The notes under the pieces are model-generated. The model was not told the origin of the DNA. It worked only from the letters and a program-made list of their open reading frames with translations, and did not search any database. This document shows, in pieces, positions 48,501-53,117 of a DNA stretch of 53,117 nt (within the stretch, counting starts at the first letter, position 1; every line of letters starts with the position of its first letter). This stretch comes from Lingula anatina. Taxonomy: Eukaryota > Animalia > Brachiopoda. Position numbers and translations under genes: made by a program. The stretch lies in NCBI GenBank assembly GCA_051362555.1, contig CM120649.1, positions 20,258,066 through 20,311,182 of the forward strand. Direction: 5' to 3'.

Positions 48501-51500
48501 GTAAGGTCCGGATATGGCAGTTTTCTTCAATTTTGGCCAGGTAGGGATGAAAAATTTTTTTCTTCAATATTGGGTCAGGTAGGTGTGTTTGGTCATTTGT
48601 AGTGAGGATAAAGTACTGGAAGAGTGGTTGTATCATTATTAAGGAAGAAATAAAGCAAAAACTCTCTCCACCCCCCCCTCTCCAAATCCTGTTCTCAGGT
48701 GTGCTTTCTGGCAATCTTTAAAGCTGAAATTGGGGGCTTTAATGAAGTGATCCGGGCGCGTTTCCACATTTTTTATGAATGTCAGGTGTGGTAAATTGAT
48801 TTTCATCACTTTTTGGAAAAATTTTTGACGGGTCATTTTTGGGTGATTTTGAGTGATTTTCGTAAGGTCCGGATATGGCAGTTTTCTTCAATTTTGGCCA
48901 GGTAGGGATGAAAAATTTTTTTCTTCAATATTGGGTCAGGTAGGTGTGTTTGGTCATTTGTAGTGAGGATAAAGTACTGGAAGAGTGGTTGTATCATTAT
49001 TAAGGAAGAAATAAAGCAAAAACTCTCTCCACCCCCCCCTCTCCAAATCCTGTTCTCAGGTGTGCTTTCTGGCAATCTTTAAAGCTGAAATTGGGGGCTT
49101 TAATGAAGTGATCCGGGCGCGTTTCCACATTTTTTATGAATGTCAGGTGTGGTAAATTGATTTTCATCACTTTTTGGAAAAATTTTTGACGGGTCATTTT
49201 TGGGTGATTTTGAGTGATTTTCGTAAGGTCCGGATATGGCAGTTTTCTTCAATTTTGGCCAGGTAGGGATGAAAAATTTTTTTCTTCAATATTGGGTCAG
49301 GTAGGTGTGTTTGGTCATTTGTAGTGAGGATAAAGTACTGGAAGAGTGGTTGTATCATTATTAAGGAAGAAATAAAGCAAAAACTCTCTCCACCCCCCCC
49401 TCTCCAAATCCTGTTCTCAGGTGTGCTTTCTGGCAATCTTTAAAGCTGAAATTGGGGGCTTTAATGAAGTGATCCGGGCGCGTTTCCACATTTTTTATGA
49501 ATGTCAGGTGTGGTAAATTGATTTTCATCACTTTTTGGAAAAATTTTTGACGGGTCATTTTTGGGTGATTTTGAGTGATTTTCGTAAGGTCCGGATATGG
49601 CAGTATTCTTCAATTTTGGCCAGGTAGGGATGAAAAATTTTTTTCTTCAATATTGGGTCAGGTAGGTGTGTTTGGTCATTTGTAGTGAGGATAAAGTACT
49701 GGAAGAGTGGTTGTATCATTATTAAGGAAGAAATAAAGCAAAAACTCTCTCCACCCCCCCCTCTCCAAATCCTGTTCTCAGGTGTGCTTTCTGGCAATCT
49801 TTAAAGCTGAAATTGGGGGCTTTAATGAAGTGATCCGGGCGCGTTTCCACATTTTTTATGAATGTCAGGTGTGGTAAATTGATTTTCATCACTTTTTGGA
49901 AAAATTTTTGACGGGTCATTTTTGGGTGATTTTGAGTGATTTTCGTAAGGTCCGGATATGGCAGTTTTCTTCAATTTTGGCCAGGTAGGGATGAAAAATT
50001 TTTTTCTTCAATATTGGGTCAGGTAGGTGTGTTTGGTCATTTGTAGTGAGGATGAAGTACTGGAAGAGTGGTTGTATCATTATTAAGGAAGAAATAAAGC
50101 AAAAACTCTCTCCACCCCCCCCTCTCCAAATCCTGTTCTCAGGTGTGCTTTCTGGCAATCTTTAAAGCTGAAATTGGGGGCTTTAATGAAGTGATCCGGG
50201 CGCGTTTCCACATTTTTTATGAATGTCAGGTGTGGTAAATTGATTTTCATCACTTTTTGGAAAAATTTTTGACGGGTCATTTTTGGGTGATTTTGAGTGA
50301 TTTTCGTAAGGTCCGGATATGGCAGTTTTCTTCAATTTTGGCCAGGTAGGGATGAAAAATTTTTTTCTTCAATATTGGGTCAGGTAGGTGTGTTTGGTCA
50401 TTTGTAGTGAGGATAAAGTACTGGAAGAGTGGTTGTATCATTATTAAGGAAGAAATAAAGCAAAAACTCTCTCCACCCCCCCCCTCTCCAAATCCTGTTC
50501 TCAGGTGTGCTTTCTGGCAATCTTTAAAGCTGAAATTGGGGGCTTTAATGAAGTGATCCGGGCGCGTTTCCACATTTTTTATGAATGTCAGGTGTGGTAA
50601 ATTGATTTTCATCACTTTTTGGAAAAATTTTTGACGGGTCATTTTTGGGTGATTTTGAGTGATTTTCGTAAGGTCCGGATATGGCAGTTTTCTTCAATTT
50701 TGGCCAGGTAGGGATGAAAAATTTTTTTCTTCAATATTGGGTCAGGTAGGTGTGTTTGGTCATTTGTAGTGAGGATAAAGTACTGGAAGAGTGGTTGTAT
50801 CATTATTAAGGAAGAAATAAAGCAAAAACTCTCTCCACCCCCCCCTCTCCAAATCCTGTTCTCAGGTGTGCTTTCTGGCAATCTTTAAAGCTGAAATTGG
50901 GGGCTTTAATGAAGTGATCCGGGCGCGTTTCCACATTTTTTATGAATGTCAGGTGTGGTAAATTGATTTTCATCACTTTTTGGAAAAATTTTTGACGGGT
51001 CATTTTTGGGTGATTTTGAGTGATTTTCGTAAGGTCCGGATATGGCAGTTTTCTTCAATTTTGGCCAGGTAGGGATGAAAAATTTTTTTCTTCAATATTG
51101 GGTCAGGTAGGTGTGTTTGGTCATTTGTAGTGAGGATAAAGTACTGGAAGAGTGGTTGTATCATTATTAAGGAAGAAATAAAGCAAAAACTCTCTCCACC
51201 CCCCCCTCTCCAAATCCTGTTCTCAGGTGTGCTTTCTGGCAATCTTTAAAGCTGAAATTGGGGGCTTTAATGAAGTGATCCGGGCGCGTTTCCACATTTT
51301 TTATGAATGTCAGGTGTGGTAAATTGATTTTCATCACTTTTTGGAAAAATTTTTGACGGGTCATTTTTGGGTGATTTTGAGTGATTTTCGTAAGGTCCGG
51401 ATATGGCAGTTTTCTTCAATTTTGGCCAGGTAGGGATGAAAAATTTTTTTCTTCAATATTGGGTCAGGTAGGTGTGTTTGGTCATTTGTAGTGAGGATAA

Positions 51501-53117
51501 AGTACTGGAAGAGTGGTTGTATCATTATTAAGGAAGAAATAAAGCAAAAACTCTCTCCACCCCCCCCTCTCCAAATCCTGTTCTCAGGTGTGCTTTCTGG
51601 CAATCTTTAAAGCTGAAATTGGGGGCTTTAATGAAGTGATCCGGGCGCGTTTCCACATTTTTTATGAATGTCAGGTGTGGTAAATTGATTTTCATCACTT
51701 TTTGGAAAAATTTTTGACGGGTCATTTTTGGGTGATTTTGAGTGATTTTCGTAAGGTCCGGATATGGCAGTTTTCTTCAATTTTGGCCAGGTAGGGATGA
51801 AAAATTTTTTTCTTCAATATTGGGTCAGGTAGGTGTGTTTGGTCATTTGTAGTGAGGATAAAGTACTGGAAGAGTGGTTGTATCATTATTAAGGAAGAAA
51901 TAAAGCAAAAACTCTCTCCACCCCCCCCCTCTCCAAATCCTGTTCTCAGGTGTGCTTTCTGGCAATCTTTAAAGCTGAAATTGGGGGCTTTAATGAAGTG
52001 ATCCGGGCGCGTTTCCACATTTTTTATGAATGTCAGGTGTGGTAAATTGATTTTCATCACTTTTTGGAAAAATTTTTGACGGGTCATTTTTGGGTGATTT
52101 TGAGTGATTTTCGTAAGGTCCGGATATGGCAGTTTTCTTCAATTTTGGCCAGGTAGGGATGAAAAATTTTTTTCTTCAATATTGGGTCAGGTAGGTGTGT
52201 TTGGTCATTTGTAGTGAGGATAAAGTACTGGAAGAGTGGTTGTATCATTATTAAGGAAGAAATAAAGCAAAAACTCTCTCCACCCCCCCCTCTCCAAATC
52301 CTGTTCTCAGGTGTGCTTTCTGGCAATCTTTAAAGCTGAAATTGGGGGCTTTAATGAAGTGATCCGGGCGCGTTTCCACATTTTTTATGAATGTCAGGTG
52401 TGGTAAATTGATTTTCATCACTTTTTGGAAAAATTTTTGACGGGTCATTTTTGGGTGATTTTGAGTGATTTTCGTAAGGTCCGGATATGGCAGTTTTCTT
52501 CAATTTTGGCCAGGTAGGGATGAAAAATTTTTTTCTTCAATATTGGGTCAGGTAGGTGTGTTTGGTCATTTGTAGTGAGGATAAAGTACTGGAAGAGTGG
52601 TTGTATCATTATTAAGGAAGAAATAAAGCAAAAACTCTCTCCACCCCCCCCTCTCCAAATCCTGTTCTCAGGTGTGCTTTCTGGCAATCTTTAAAGCTGA
52701 AATTGGGGGCTTTAATGAAGTGATCCGGGCGCGTTTCCACATTTTTTATGAATGTCAGGTGTGGTAAATTGATTTTCATCACTTTTTGGAAAAATTTTGG
52801 CGGGTCATTTTTGGGTGATTTTGAGTGATTTTCGTAAGGTCCGGATATGGCAGTTTTCTTCAATTTTGGCCAGGTAGGGATGAAAAATTTTTTTCTTCAA
52901 TATTGGGTCAGGTAGGTGTGTTTGGTCATTTGTAGTGAGGATAAAGTACTGGAAGAGTGGTTGTATCATTATTAAGGAAGAAATAAAGCAAAAACTCTCT
53001 CCACCCCCCCCCTCTCCAAATCCTGTTCTCAGGTGTGCTTTCTGGCAATCTTTAAAGCTGAAATTGGGGGCTTTAATGAAGTGATCCGGGCGCGTTTCCA
53101 CATTTTTTATGAATGTC
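36202..53117. repeat. Satellite domain C (~47 units; B allele plus TTGGGTCAGG, ATAAAGC, GATCCGGG)
   Basis: T>G (first at 36282), G>A (first at 36362) and C>T (first at 36460) are present in all subsequent units. Translations switch to LPDPIL, SFCFISS and RPDHF. Confidence 0.95.

Larger units (their letters stand above)
1..53117. repeat. Tandem satellite DNA array, ~361-bp monomer, ~147 head-to-tail copies, open at both window ends
   Basis: The same sequence (TCATTTTTGGGTGATTTTGAGTGATTTTCGTAAGGTCCGGATATGG...GGAAAAATTTTTGACGGG) recurs every 360-365 bp from start to end. The ORF track repeats with the same period (e.g. 7619, 7981, 8343, 8705). No inversion or non-repeat insert was seen. Confidence 0.99.

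Noticed and set aside
46-53101. Hundreds of 60-305-aa ORFs on both strands as protein-coding genes
   Set aside because: All are translations of the same monomer, and their boundaries shift with homopolymer indels. The 305-aa ORF at 11403-12320 is only read-through of ~2.5 units. There is no recognisable domain, and the fixed differences are non-synonymous.
1-53117. CRISPR array or other repeat-spacer system
   Set aside because: There are no unique spacers: the entire 361 bp is repeated. No cas-like ORFs are present.
1-53117. Drosophila 359-bp (1.688) or Tribolium 360-bp satellite identity
   Set aside because: Only the length and short motifs (CCACATTTT, a C-run) are reminiscent. Those families are markedly more AT-rich than this ~40% GC monomer, and I see no extended similarity from memory. 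A BLAST search is needed to exclude them formally.
1-53117. Concatemer of a viroid-like ~360-nt circle or an in vitro rolling-circle artefact
   Set aside because: There is no monomer-wide rod-like self-complementarity and no hammerhead CUGANGA core on either strand that I could find. Nested domains and phased shared variants indicate heritable genomic evolution rather than copying of one template.
1-53117. 5S rDNA, tRNA, snRNA or spliced-leader tandem gene array
   Set aside because: The unit size is compatible, but I recognise no 5S, tRNA cloverleaf or snRNA sequence. An Rfam cmscan would be the definitive test.

Overview
The whole 53,117-bp window is one uninterrupted, head-to-tail tandem array (satellite DNA) of a ~361-bp monomer, about 147 copies, all in the same orientation. 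By hand count of one unit it is ~40% GC and the + strand is G+T-skewed (T131/G88/A87/C56). I see no unique sequence, credible gene, RNA gene, transposon insertion or CRISPR array, and every ORF in the track is a read-through of the monomer. The array has three sharply bounded, nested variant domains. Domain A runs from 1 to ~19.56 kb. Domain B runs from ~19.56 to 36.20 kb and differs by one diagnostic G>A. Domain C runs from 36.20 kb to the end and adds three more diagnostic SNPs, all appearing together in a unit with a 21-bp deletion. Most monomer length variation (360-365 bp) comes from a C7-C12 tract. The monomer contains a 25/26-bp internal duplication, phased T-tracts, a concentric degenerate inverted repeat and a polypyrimidine mirror tract. 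Shared private variants show local 1-, 2- and 3-monomer duplications, and sporadic substitutions look enriched at CpG. The most likely source is eukaryotic (peri)centromeric or subtelomeric heterochromatin, but I cannot assign the organism or family from sequence alone. I found no support for a novel gene system; the interest lies in array architecture and evolution.
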